A DNA stretch of 64,000 bases from a virus (IMGVR_UViG_3300035498_000877:128001-192000), one strand, 5' to 3'. Shown: positions 39,685 through 50,777, counted from the stretch's first letter. The notes: a model not told the origin generated them from the sequence alone. Numbers and translations: made by a program.

Positions 39685-41189
39685 ATGAGTAATAAATTTA
39701 TTGGTACCAATTCAATTCGTGATTTAGTTAAATTAAGTAAAAAGGATAGTAAAGACAGAATAGAAAAACATTTAAGTGATACAAATCCACATAATATTAC
39801 TAAATCTACAATTGGATTGGATAATGTGGAGAATTATAAAGCACTGAGTACTGAGGTACAAGAACTTACTGATAATGAAAAAGATATAGTTAAAAGTAAT
39901 TTGGGCATAGATGATTACATTTCTGCAATAATTAATGATGTAATTAATGAAATGATGTAGTAACAGGTGTATTTGGTTTTAGTATTGATCAAACACAATC
40001 AGATCCATCATCAATGATATCATATATAGAAGGTACAGCTAATGAAAACTATACAGCAGTACATATGGATTATGATAATGATGTATTTGATTATGGAGAT
40101 TGGGGTAATGTTTGGTTTATTAAAAATCTAAGACCATGTATGCTTAATTATGATGGTACTGAAGCATATCTATTAGATCCTAATGATTATACAAAGAAAG
40201 CAGATGGTACTGATTCAGATATATCAGATAGTACATTTGATGGAAATGTAATGGTAGGAATACCTAAAGTGTATTTTAAAATAGTACCTATTGATGATGA
40301 TCATTGTAATTTTTATTTCTCAGATAAAAAAGTAGATGATAATTATCATTGCTGGGCTCACATAAATAATTATGGTGATGAAATACCATATTGTTACTTA
40401 TCTGCATACGATGGATCATTGGTGGATAGTAAACTACGCAGTATTAGTGGATTAATGCCTGAATTAAGAGGTATTAACACACTTCAAGAATTTATAGCTC
40501 CAAATAATCAAAATGATGATAATATTTGGTCTATGAATACATATAGTGATTGGTTATTAATAGTACTATTAGGTTTATTAATATCTAAAACAACAAATTC
40601 ACAAACATCATTTGGATTGGGACATTCAAATGGATCTAGTACTAGTAACACGTATAAAGGATGTATTAATTGTGGATTAGCTAATGATAAAGGATTATTT
40701 TGGGGTACAAATGTAACTGGAAGTCCAGTTAAAATATTTGGTATTGAAAATTTCTGGGGTCAATACTATAGGTTTATGCTAGGAGCAATTTATAGTAATG
40801 GTATCCAGAAAATAAAACTTACATATGGCACTCAAGATGGTTCTACTGTAGAAGGATATAACCTAACAGGTAATGGATATATCACAATAGATGATTCTAC
40901 TGTATCAGGCACAGTCTCATCATATAATTCTAAATATAATTCAGGATATTTATTACAATTAGCATTTACTGAAGAAGGTATTTTTATTAAAAAAATGGAT
41001 GAATCATCTGATTATAAATCATTATATTATGATACATCTTCAATATATTTGAATGGCGGTACATATATTATGACTTCTAGTAATTATTATTACAATAAAA
41101 ATGATATAAGTATAGTGACTTTATCTGGATTTATAAGTTATGATTCTCAGAATATTTCATATATTAAATGTTTACCAAAAGTTAATTAA
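39685..41189 (+). pseudogene. Receptor-binding protein with Mtd/C-type-lectin-like domain, split by a 1-nt frameshift at ~39950
   Basis: ORF1 (39685-39960) carries NPHNIT..IGLDNVEN fibre motifs. The frame of ORF2 stays open back to 39951 (NDVVTGVFGFSIDQTQSDPSSMISY) and has no RBS. ORF2 carries DGNVMVGIPK and FGIENFWG motifs. Confidence 0.6.
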
Positions 41190-41219
41190 TAGAAGAGGGA
41201 TTTAATCCCTCTTCTATTA
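41187..41219. terminator. Bidirectional terminator
   Basis: TAATAGAAGAGGGATT-T-AATCCCTCTTCTATTA. Confidence 0.8.
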
Positions 41220-41224
41220 TCTGT

Positions 41225-44200
41225 TTAATCTAGATCATATTCTTGTTGTATTTCTATTATTGAAGATTTTTTTGTTTTTGAATTAATTTGTAATATGTGA
41301 TTATCTGCAACCATATATGCGGCTAACTCTAAATCATGAACTTGGTTACCATATTCATCATATAATCTAGCAGCCATTCCATAATATTCATTAGCAGATA
41401 TAATTACATGTGTTGATACCTGTCCAGACTTAATCTCGTCAGCCCACTCACTATTCAGCATATTAACAATCATTTCATCTGATATTGGAGCTAATCCAAA
41501 ATCTTCAAAATCCATTGTTTGATCTAGTATAGCTTTTCCCTCTAATGTAGGTAAATCAGATACTGTATATTGATAATTCTGATTACTCAAACTTCCAGTA
41601 CTAGAAGTTCTTACAAGTATATCATCATCCGTATCAACATTTGGAGGATAATTTTTAAAGTCTTTATTATCTTCATCTACTTGTTGCCATACAGGAGTTA
41701 ATAAATATTCTTGTTCTGTATCTGAATAATTATCTCCATCTAGTACAGCTTCAAGCACGTCATCAAGATAAGTTCTATAATTCCATCTTACATATGATCT
41801 GTTTATTTCATTAGATTCTACATAAATGAAATCATCAGCAAAATATTCATTTGAATCTCTATTAATTTCTATTATCTCAAGATTCTTTAATGAAGTTAAT
41901 CCATGCATAAAAAATTTAGTTGGTGATATAATAGTAACTTCATCATTCAGTAATTTTCCATTAACCCAGAATTCAAAATGTTTTTTGTCCAAAGGCTTAT
42001 TAAGTCTTCCACCAAGATCAATATATCCTGATTCTGGAATAGTTCTTAATGTATATACAGATCTCATTGGATATGGAGTAGAGCAAATCATTAAATGTTC
42101 ATATGCAACATATGTATTCAAGAAAGTTACATCAGTTCCATCTCCATTTATCTCTGCATATAGTGTGGGTTTATTTGTTGAAGGATTTATTAATGGAAAT
42201 CTTCCCTTATCAGTTAATACATATAATCTATCAGTCTGTATTGAGACATTATCAAGATGAAAGGTTATATATGATTCTGAGTCAGGTCTTATGAATGTCC
42301 ATTTTTGAGGTGTCTTATCAATGATAACTTTATAGTCAGCAGTATCAGCTACATCATATTGAACTATTACTTGGAATTCATTTGGTATTATAGCCATTCT
42401 ATTAGATACTTCATGGATATATCCATCTCCAAATACTTCAACCTTTTTAGTCTCAAACTCAATAAGTATAGTAGCTGATTGATTCATTGTTTGATCATCA
42501 TTCTGGAATACAGTAAATTCCATTGACATATTTTCATTAGGAGCATTGATTGTGTGTATTGGAGTAAATGTTAATATATGTCCATCTTCCAAGAAATCAG
42601 AAGTTACATATCCAAATACATGTACATCATATGTTGCATTGTATGCCCAGACATCTCCATTATTAAATCCACTACCAGAAGTTCCAATTACTGACTGCAC
42701 AATAGTAGTTTGGGTTTCCCATCCATGACCTTTTGATTTATCATCTTTAAATCTAACTTCAAATTTAGATCTATCAAGTATATCCTCAAATCTACCAGCT
42801 GTCTCATTGTATATCTTTATATCCTCTAAATGTATTTCATTTTTGTAATATTGATATTCAGGTATTTTGACGTTCATTATATATCCCAAGGTACTATCAT
42901 CTTCATTTGGATATCCAATTTTAAATGATTGCTCAAAATAGAATGGGAATAATTTTCTTATGCGTAGATGCCTACCTGTATTAACTATTGTATTCTTTGC
43001 AGCTTTATTTACATAATCATATACTGTAGTCTCAATATTAAGTACTGCATTTCTTTTCAGTTTCTCATTCTTTATCTGAGTAGCTACAGTTTTATTCAGA
43101 TATAAAGCCATATCATAAGTATATTTTCCTTTACCAATATATGACAATGTAAATCCATACTTATGATTTTTTTCATCTTTTGTTACTTCTAATTTCCATT
43201 TATCTGTATCTGATAAATCTTCCCAATCTTTTGTAGTCCAGTTGAATACTGATATATCATCAATTGTAATATCATCAATATAAGTATTAGTACCATATTC
43301 AAGTCCTTCATATGCTACTTGATGTTTTTCATCAGTAATCTCATGTTGAACTTCATTGAATGTTACTGCTGTATTCCATGGTGCAGTTGGATACTGTGAT
43401 TTTAATGAAGGATAATCGGAAATCCAATCATCTGATAACCAGTTAACTACAAACTTATTCCACTTATAGTCAGCATACTCTGGTAGTTCATATATAATAT
43501 ATCCAGTGACTGCAAATGATCTGACTTTATATAACATTCTATGACCTTGATGTGTTTCATCTGATTCTACAATAACATTCTTACCAACTGATACATTTTT
43601 AAATTGTGAATAATATCTAGGAAGATCTTCATATGATGCACATGTAAAATCAGCTTTAACTTGAGCTGCATTCAGTACTGATGTTTCAGGCCATTCAGTT
43701 ATATTAGTATTATTGATATTTTTTGAATTATGAATTCTTACTTGTTGAATTAATTGATATTCGCCTTTGAATGGTTGATTCATTGGTACTATTTCTGGAT
43801 CTTCTATAAAAGGATCTGTTGGAGGTACAGTTGTTTGAATTCCATTCCATCTCTTTGTATCATCATATCTAGTACCTTGATACCAGTGATAATCCTGATC
43901 ACCATTTTGAGGAGCTTCTTCAACATCATTAATATCAACATCTCCAAACATAAATGTACTATTATATTCTGAACTATTAAATTCATCATCGATATTATTA
44001 AAGGTATCTGTAACTACTTCAGCATTAGGATTACCTGGATCTAAATCTTTAAATGTCAGACCACTTTCAAGTTCTACCTGTGATATTCCTTTATAAGGAT
44101 CATTTGTTAATTCAGATACAAACATATGAAGTGTTGTATTTTCACAATCAGTATATACTTCTTGACCAACAGTATATCCAGCACCTGGATCCACTACTTT

Positions 44201-47200
44201 TATATCTTCAATTCTATATACATAATATTGCTCTGCTGGTTCAAACAATGATGAGTTTTGTAAATCAGCTACTGAGTTGGCATTAACATAGATACTATCA
44301 ATACTTCCATCTGTTACTACATTGAAGTCAGTTATTTGTTTACCAGCTAAAAATACTTCATATTGAATATCTAAGTCATGTGTATTTTCAAATTGATATA
44401 CAAGATTATCAGTATCATTAAATTGATTGGCATTTGTTTTATCAGATGTATCATCATATAAAATAGTATTATCTGTAATATCAACTTGTTTTGATGATAT
44501 AAGTATACATAATCCAGATCCTATACCAACATCTTTCTTAGTTTCATATAATCCTGTAATATCATATTTAATTGCATATTGCAATAATGGAGTTACTGAT
44601 GTTACTACTCCCTTTTCTATTGAAGATACTAAGAAATAGAATTTATCTTCAAACTTATCTGATACTAATTCAACTATATCTCCAATTGAATATCCTGTTC
44701 CACCAATAGATGCTGCTGATGATTCTATTCTATACCAAGTATCTGATATATAGTCATATGGTATATCATTTATTCTATTATCTATTGCTTTTATTAATGG
44801 ATCTATATCAATTCTATATAATGGAAGATCATCAATTGCTGAATCAATAATCGTTACTTGTTTTATTACATTAGATGCTGTTTCTGAGAAAGTGATTGAT
44901 TCATCTTCTATATTATTAAGTATTTTATTCTTGTAAACATTTACACTCATTGATAGAGCATCTGCTAAATATCTAATTGATTTACTATCATCCCATGCAG
45001 AATTATCAATCAGAAAGTTTGATAAATTTGTACAAGACTCTTTCACTAACTCATAGTAATTAATATAAGCTTCATCATCAAGATTATTTTCTGCTATATA
45101 AGTATATGATTCATTGAGTAAAGTTTCAGTATCAGATAGTAAACCTGAGACATCAATATTTTCTCTACAATCAATATACTCTTTCATTTGCGAACATAAA
45201 TCAATTAATTTATCATATGTCTCTTCTATGTACTCTAACAAATTAGTACTAATATAAGATCCATATTTCTTAATTAAAGAACTCCATTCTTGATATGACT
45301 CTTTTGCATCATCAATATCATCTTGTAAATCAATATTTAATTTTGGATCATATGTTTCTATATTAGTTTCAATAGATAATATGATATTAGTAATCTTCAT
45401 TACATATCTATCTACTGCATGATCATTCATAATTTTTTCATGAGTTACTGTTAGTGGTTTAATAGTAATACCTAATCCTGGACCATCTGATATAGAATCA
45501 TATAAATTATTTTGCCATAATGGATTTCTAAAACTTGTAGCAATATCATCAATAAATTCAATTGACTTAGCTTTGTTGATATTCCCTTCTACTTCAGTAA
45601 TCTTATATACACCTATATTTTTGACATATATAATATCATTAATATCATGATCAAATCCACCTGTTACCAATTCAATAGTATCAATTTTATATACATCTGA
45701 ATATGTAGGCTGATCACTATCTGGTATATATTCAGTATCTATAGTATTTAGATATTCAATAATTGCATTAAACAATTCTGAGTACTCATCAAGTTTTCCA
45801 AGTATATCTTTTTCAGGATTTACAACTGAATCAAGTGTATTAAATGTATTCTCTTCTTCATCTAATAGTATTTTCCAAGTATCAAGTTGATTCTTTAAAT
45901 CACTCAAACTATTAAGTGCTAATGTTTGATTATCATCATTTGATCCTGATAAATATGATAGAAATGACTTTATTGAATCTCCATATAATTTAATCGTATC
46001 AAATACTTTTTGTTCACTTTCTGTCCATGGAAGTTTATCACTATCAATAATAGCATATAAATTATTCAATGATTGTACAAATGTGTCTCGATAAACTAAA
46101 TATGTTGATATGTCAGTAATCATAGATTCTAGTACTTCATCACAATAACTTAGTTTATCTAATATGGCATCATCTTGATCATATCCAAAATTCTTCCAGT
46201 AATCAATTAATACTAATTTGAGATTATGAATATCATTATCACTAGTATTTATATACTCCATTATATTACCAATCATTTCATCAGAGTAACTAATATTTGG
46301 AACAAATGTACCAAATAATTTTGATGTTGATTGGAATAATAAATTTCTAGCAGTTTTTACTTCATCTGACCATGGGTACTCAAATTGATTAATATCATAT
46401 ATTAAACTAGTATCATCAGGATTTTCTTTTTGGAATATCATTAGTGTTTTTAAGTTATTAATCGTATCCATAAACTTATTCATATCTACTGAATAACTCT
46501 TTTCAAATACTGCATTAATTTGTTTTTCAAATCCATCTGATATAAATACTGCTTCTTGATATTCTTCTAGTTTATCTTCATATACTTTATGATTATTATT
46601 GTCATTATATACTTCAGCAATTACTGATTTTATGGAAGCAAATAATTCATTATATTTATTCATCATTGCAGTAATATCATTTATCTGATCAATAGTAAAT
46701 GTATTAGTATCCAGATCATATATAGTCTTTATAATAGTACCAAGTAATGATTGCATTTCAAATAATTGATCTTTGATCTCAATAACATTATCAGTATTTA
46801 ATTGATAATCATTTCTTTCTAATACATCAATTACATTTACCAGATCATGATATACATTCTGTATTACATTATCTACTTCAAGTTCAACTCCACTAATAGT
46901 AGGAAGGAATTTATCAGTATCAAATGATTCTCTTGGTCTTCTAGCAGTATGTGATGAGAAATCATAGTTATCAGTAATCTTAGCAATGTAATCAAAGTAT
47001 GATGGAGTCCATTGTTTATTTAAGTACTGCTCAAAATTAGTTACTTTCTGATATCCTAACCAATTTAAATTGATGGCTTCTTTCATCTTATCAATTGCAT
47101 CATCAAATGGAAATTCATTATTACTATTTTTCAAGTACGTAGCTAATCCTAATTTGTAATATGGATCCATAGTATTCAGGAATAAATCATTAAACCTTTG

Positions 47201-49222
47201 ATATGATGGATTATCTATTACATGCTCTATAGCTTCATATCTATAGTTGGTAGTAGTAAGTCCTTTGTATATTGATTGTATACCCATCCAATAGAACTTC
47301 TCCATGAAGATTTCTCTAAATGTACCTTCTTTTTCATACTCAAACTGGTTCATATCATCATCCCACGATGCAGTAGCTCTAGTAATTGGAATAGTCTCTT
47401 TATTCACATTGATAGTATCAGTATAGAAAAAGAATGCTTTAAATATTCTATTGGATATAGAAGTACTATCATCAGTTTCTGATAATAAATATACATCAGG
47501 AAAATGATGTTCTACATTTAATATGTATGGTCTCCATACTTCATTATTTGAATCATATTCAAATGTCCAGAAATCAGTAGTATCTATAGGTCTTTGAAAT
47601 CTGATAGTACCTTCTAATCCAGATTCCCATAAATCCTTCTTTTTCATTCCACTCAGTATAATAGATACATAGTACTTATCTACTATCTGCTGAGGAATAT
47701 AAATTAGTGGTGATAAATAAAACCATAAAGTTAGACTTTCATCTCTATTAGGTGTATCTTGATCATCTAACCACTCACTATATATTCCATCTTTCTTAAT
47801 TTCTTTAACAGTCTCTAGGAACTCCTCATACTTAGTATCATATTCATCATTATGATCAATCTCTAGTACATCAAGAAACTGATTATATGCACTATAAATA
47901 TTTCCTAAATCTGTTTTAAGTTTTTCTAACCACGTATTTAGTACTTCATCATTATTATTTACTTTAATATCAAATCTAAAGTCTTCAATAGTATCAGCAC
48001 CTATAACAATTAAGTTCCTTAATTTATCAAGGTATGAAATGTACTCATTATCAGCATCATCTCGTTCATATTCAAATGCATCTGATAGTACTACTGGTCT
48101 TATCATTTCTTTAGTTTCATCATGTGATTCTTTCATACCATTATTCATATCAACATAAATATTTCTATTTGCTCCTGATGATCTGAATTTACCATATACT
48201 TCCTTACTTATTTCATGATTAATAGTTACTACTTTCTGGAAGTCAGCTAAGTATGGTCTATTGATAACATCAGTTGGTAGTAGTATAGGAAACTCATGAA
48301 GAAATTTAGGTACAAATACGGATAGCCATAAGTTCTGTTCAGATGTTGTTTCTGATAGTATTAGGTTTCTATTGTACTCACTCATTTCAGATAAATCAAT
48401 ATATCCATCTTCAATAGGTAGAAATTCCATATTATCACCTAATACATCAACTGATGTAACATCATCTGTTCTATATCCTGAATCATTACTAACTTTATTT
48501 ACAGTAATAACTACTTTGGATGAATTACGTATATGATCATTAGTTAAATATGATACAGGTAATTTCCATCCCCATATTTCTTCACATTGATATCTACTAA
48601 TGAATACTCTACATGATGCATTGGTATCAAATTTATATATGTATATAGGAAAATTAGCTTTCTTCCAGTAAGTATTATAGTTCCATCTAATAGTAACTTC
48701 TTTATCATCTATTCTAATCTCGTACTCTGAATATACTCTTTGATTTACAAACATCATACAGAACCATTTGAATTTATCCCAATTATTAAGCATATCTTCT
48801 ACTTTAATCCATTTACGGAAGTACTGAGATAATTTAAATTTATCTCTCATATCAGATGATATAAAGTTTTCTGTTGGTATAATAATAGAACACGTATTAG
48901 ATGATATATCTATATCCACGTCTTTCATAGTACAATTCCATTGAAAGAAATGTGTATTATCATGATTATTTGCTTTTAATTTATGAGATGAATTTAAATA
49001 GATATCTTTTAATGTTTCTACTACTTTATCTTGACTAAATGTATTAGTAGTAATTGCATCTTTTCTAAATGCACTTGATCTAGTTCCATCATAATCAGGA
49101 ATTTCATATCCTTCACTAATTAATGTATTTCTATTGAATAATTGATCAGCTGTACTAATATTTTGATCAAATGCTTTTTGGTACCATTCTGGATCAAATG
49201 GACTCCATTTATTTTCATACAT
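41225..49222 (-). CDS. Very large (2665 aa) virion structural protein
   Basis: AGGAGG RBS; long helical middle region; repeated GG.GY..GD-type beta units; C-terminal GYIDL.G.LNKPL...FWVNG. Confidence 0.7.
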   Translation of the reverse strand: MYENKWSPFDPEWYQKAFDQNISTADQLFNRNTLISEGYEIPDYDGTRSSAFRKDAITTNTFSQDKVVETLKDIYLNSSHKLKANNHDNTHFFQWNCTMKDVDIDISSNTCSIIIPTENFISSDMRDKFKLSQYFRKWIKVEDMLNNWDKFKWFCMMFVNQRVYSEYEIRIDDKEVTIRWNYNTYWKKANFPIYIYKFDTNASCRVFISRYQCEEIWGWKLPVSYLTNDHIRNSSKVVITVNKVSNDSGYRTDDVTSVDVLGDNMEFLPIEDGYIDLSEMSEYNRNLILSETTSEQNLWLSVFVPKFLHEFPILLPTDVINRPYLADFQKVVTINHEISKEVYGKFRSSGANRNIYVDMNNGMKESHDETKEMIRPVVLSDAFEYERDDADNEYISYLDKLRNLIVIGADTIEDFRFDIKVNNNDEVLNTWLEKLKTDLGNIYSAYNQFLDVLEIDHNDEYDTKYEEFLETVKEIKKDGIYSEWLDDQDTPNRDESLTLWFYLSPLIYIPQQIVDKYYVSIILSGMKKKDLWESGLEGTIRFQRPIDTTDFWTFEYDSNNEVWRPYILNVEHHFPDVYLLSETDDSTSISNRIFKAFFFYTDTINVNKETIPITRATASWDDDMNQFEYEKEGTFREIFMEKFYWMGIQSIYKGLTTTNYRYEAIEHVIDNPSYQRFNDLFLNTMDPYYKLGLATYLKNSNNEFPFDDAIDKMKEAINLNWLGYQKVTNFEQYLNKQWTPSYFDYIAKITDNYDFSSHTARRPRESFDTDKFLPTISGVELEVDNVIQNVYHDLVNVIDVLERNDYQLNTDNVIEIKDQLFEMQSLLGTIIKTIYDLDTNTFTIDQINDITAMMNKYNELFASIKSVIAEVYNDNNNHKVYEDKLEEYQEAVFISDGFEKQINAVFEKSYSVDMNKFMDTINNLKTLMIFQKENPDDTSLIYDINQFEYPWSDEVKTARNLLFQSTSKLFGTFVPNISYSDEMIGNIMEYINTSDNDIHNLKLVLIDYWKNFGYDQDDAILDKLSYCDEVLESMITDISTYLVYRDTFVQSLNNLYAIIDSDKLPWTESEQKVFDTIKLYGDSIKSFLSYLSGSNDDNQTLALNSLSDLKNQLDTWKILLDEEENTFNTLDSVVNPEKDILGKLDEYSELFNAIIEYLNTIDTEYIPDSDQPTYSDVYKIDTIELVTGGFDHDINDIIYVKNIGVYKITEVEGNINKAKSIEFIDDIATSFRNPLWQNNLYDSISDGPGLGITIKPLTVTHEKIMNDHAVDRYVMKITNIILSIETNIETYDPKLNIDLQDDIDDAKESYQEWSSLIKKYGSYISTNLLEYIEETYDKLIDLCSQMKEYIDCRENIDVSGLLSDTETLLNESYTYIAENNLDDEAYINYYELVKESCTNLSNFLIDNSAWDDSKSIRYLADALSMSVNVYKNKILNNIEDESITFSETASNVIKQVTIIDSAIDDLPLYRIDIDPLIKAIDNRINDIPYDYISDTWYRIESSAASIGGTGYSIGDIVELVSDKFEDKFYFLVSSIEKGVVTSVTPLLQYAIKYDITGLYETKKDVGIGSGLCILISSKQVDITDNTILYDDTSDKTNANQFNDTDNLVYQFENTHDLDIQYEVFLAGKQITDFNVVTDGSIDSIYVNANSVADLQNSSLFEPAEQYYVYRIEDIKVVDPGAGYTVGQEVYTDCENTTLHMFVSELTNDPYKGISQVELESGLTFKDLDPGNPNAEVVTDTFNNIDDEFNSSEYNSTFMFGDVDINDVEEAPQNGDQDYHWYQGTRYDDTKRWNGIQTTVPPTDPFIEDPEIVPMNQPFKGEYQLIQQVRIHNSKNINNTNITEWPETSVLNAAQVKADFTCASYEDLPRYYSQFKNVSVGKNVIVESDETHQGHRMLYKVRSFAVTGYIIYELPEYADYKWNKFVVNWLSDDWISDYPSLKSQYPTAPWNTAVTFNEVQHEITDEKHQVAYEGLEYGTNTYIDDITIDDISVFNWTTKDWEDLSDTDKWKLEVTKDEKNHKYGFTLSYIGKGKYTYDMALYLNKTVATQIKNEKLKRNAVLNIETTVYDYVNKAAKNTIVNTGRHLRIRKLFPFYFEQSFKIGYPNEDDSTLGYIMNVKIPEYQYYKNEIHLEDIKIYNETAGRFEDILDRSKFEVRFKDDKSKGHGWETQTTIVQSVIGTSGSGFNNGDVWAYNATYDVHVFGYVTSDFLEDGHILTFTPIHTINAPNENMSMEFTVFQNDDQTMNQSATILIEFETKKVEVFGDGYIHEVSNRMAIIPNEFQVIVQYDVADTADYKVIIDKTPQKWTFIRPDSESYITFHLDNVSIQTDRLYVLTDKGRFPLINPSTNKPTLYAEINGDGTDVTFLNTYVAYEHLMICSTPYPMRSVYTLRTIPESGYIDLGGRLNKPLDKKHFEFWVNGKLLNDEVTIISPTKFFMHGLTSLKNLEIIEINRDSNEYFADDFIYVESNEINRSYVRWNYRTYLDDVLEAVLDGDNYSDTEQEYLLTPVWQQVDEDNKDFKNYPPNVDTDDDILVRTSSTGSLSNQNYQYTVSDLPTLEGKAILDQTMDFEDFGLAPISDEMIVNMLNSEWADEIKSGQVSTHVIISANEYYGMAARLYDEYGNQVHDLELAAYMVADNHILQINSKTKKSSIIEIQQEYDLD

Positions 49223-49319
49223 AATTGCTATTACCTCCTGTTATTAATATTTAAAGCTAAGTCGATCACCATCCTCTAATAAATATAAATACCTATTAAT
49301 ATCGAAGAGGAGGTTAATT

Positions 49320-50471
49320 ATGGCTACTACTTTACAAAACTTAGAGAATACTATTGAAGACTTAAAAGCTGATATATCAGATCTTAAAAAATCTATTAGT
49401 GGTCTTCAAATTGATTTACAAAATACTGTTACTAAGAATAAAAAAATATTACCTGGAATTGGTACTAAGATTGGTTATGATTCAAATGGATTAGTTACTT
49501 CATCAATGGAACTTGAAGTAAGTGATTTACCTACAATTTCTATTAGTAAAGTAACTGGACTTAGAGATGAACTTGATAGTTATGTTACTTCAGATTATTT
49601 AGATAAGAAATTAAAAAATCTAACTACTACTATTGATAAGTCAACTCCAGTAGCTACTGGTATTAAAGTTAATTATGATAAAAATGGATTAATAGTATCT
49701 AGTAGTGATGAGTTATTATCAGAGGATATACCTCAATTATCTATTGATAAGATAACTGGTCTTACTGATAGATTATCTAATATTGAATCATTATTAAATG
49801 AAACTACTACTGAAGATACTAAATCTAATACTATCTTTAATGCAGGTGAATATACTAAAATAACTATAGATGCAAATGGTAATATAGTTAAAGGTTCTAA
49901 ATTATCTATCAATGATATACCTATTGATATTATTACTAGATTAAATGAATTAGAACTATCAATAGGTTCATGTGTAAATCAAGATGTTATAACTACTCTA
50001 TCATCTAAAGTAATTAATAAACTAGATGCTAATGATCCTATTATTTCAGGTACATATACTAAAGTATCAGTTGATCAGAATGGTTTAATTACTAATGGAT
50101 CATCATTGGAGTATGAAGATTTACCTGATAGACTAATAAATGAAATAGATAGTATTAAATCTCAACAAGAAGATATGGTAACTGGTACCAAATTAGTTGA
50201 TATAGTTAATCAGATAAATGAAAGATTGAGTATTATAGATACTTTATTCACAACATATGATGAGCAAATAAGTAATAAAGCTACTAATGAAGATCTTACT
50301 AGTTATAAAATGGATATGATTCATTTAGAAGATTTAGTTAATGAACTTAATGAGAAAATACCTAATGATACTATTATGGAACAACTAAATCTGATTACTA
50401 AGAATTTATCTAATTTAGATGGTAGAATATCAGTAATAGAAAATAAATTAAATATTACTTCAGATATTTAA
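49320..50471 (+). CDS. Fibre-repeat / coiled-coil virion protein
   Basis: Four G.YTK(V/I).(V/Y)D.NG.(V/I)..G..L...D(L/I)P-type repeats separated by coiled coils; AGGAGG RBS. Confidence 0.7.
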   Translation: MATTLQNLENTIEDLKADISDLKKSISGLQIDLQNTVTKNKKILPGIGTKIGYDSNGLVTSSMELEVSDLPTISISKVTGLRDELDSYVTSDYLDKKLKNLTTTIDKSTPVATGIKVNYDKNGLIVSSSDELLSEDIPQLSIDKITGLTDRLSNIESLLNETTTEDTKSNTIFNAGEYTKITIDANGNIVKGSKLSINDIPIDIITRLNELELSIGSCVNQDVITTLSSKVINKLDANDPIISGTYTKVSVDQNGLITNGSSLEYEDLPDRLINEIDSIKSQQEDMVTGTKLVDIVNQINERLSIIDTLFTTYDEQISNKATNEDLTSYKMDMIHLEDLVNELNEKIPNDTIMEQLNLITKNLSNLDGRISVIENKLNITSDI

Positions 50472-50690
50472 TTTTTTATTTTTCAAAAAATAAAAAATTG
50501 GAAACTTCCCCTTAGAATTATTTTACGTAACAAGTAAAGCATATATCAATATGTTTTACTTGACGTATACGTTTACTGTAAAACTCAACTTTAGGTTGAT
50601 TTTACGTAAACATACGTTTTTACGTAAAATATATAATTGAAAATTCGAGCACTTTTTTCGGCACCTTTAGACCAGCAAATTTGCTGGGGT
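50470..50690. other. Non-coding nested inverted-repeat element (candidate origin or structured RNA)
   Basis: Outer stem 50520-50530/50620-50630 encloses two hairpins; separate hairpin at 50470-50499; perfect 16-bp palindrome at 50672-50687. Confidence 0.6.
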
Positions 50691-50740
50691 TAGAGCATAA
50701 AATAATTTACGACTATAAAATTTTATTAAAAATAATAAAA

Positions 50741-50769
50741 ATAAAGAGAGGTTAAATACCTCTCTTTAT
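50741..50769. terminator. Terminator hairpin (identical core to the one at 55243-55279)
   Basis: ATAAAGAGAGGT-TAAAT-ACCTCTCTTTAT. Confidence 0.75.
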
Positions 50770-50777
50770 CTTTATTT

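Noticed and set aside
39958-39963. Possible stop-codon readthrough or alternative genetic code at TAG TAA
   Set aside because: The downstream domain is in a different frame and TAA follows immediately. All long genes are intact under code 11 and use TAG/TGA as real stops.
50520-50630. tRNA interpretation of the multi-hairpin element
   Set aside because: No T-loop GTTC or D-loop consensus, wrong arm lengths, no CCA end.
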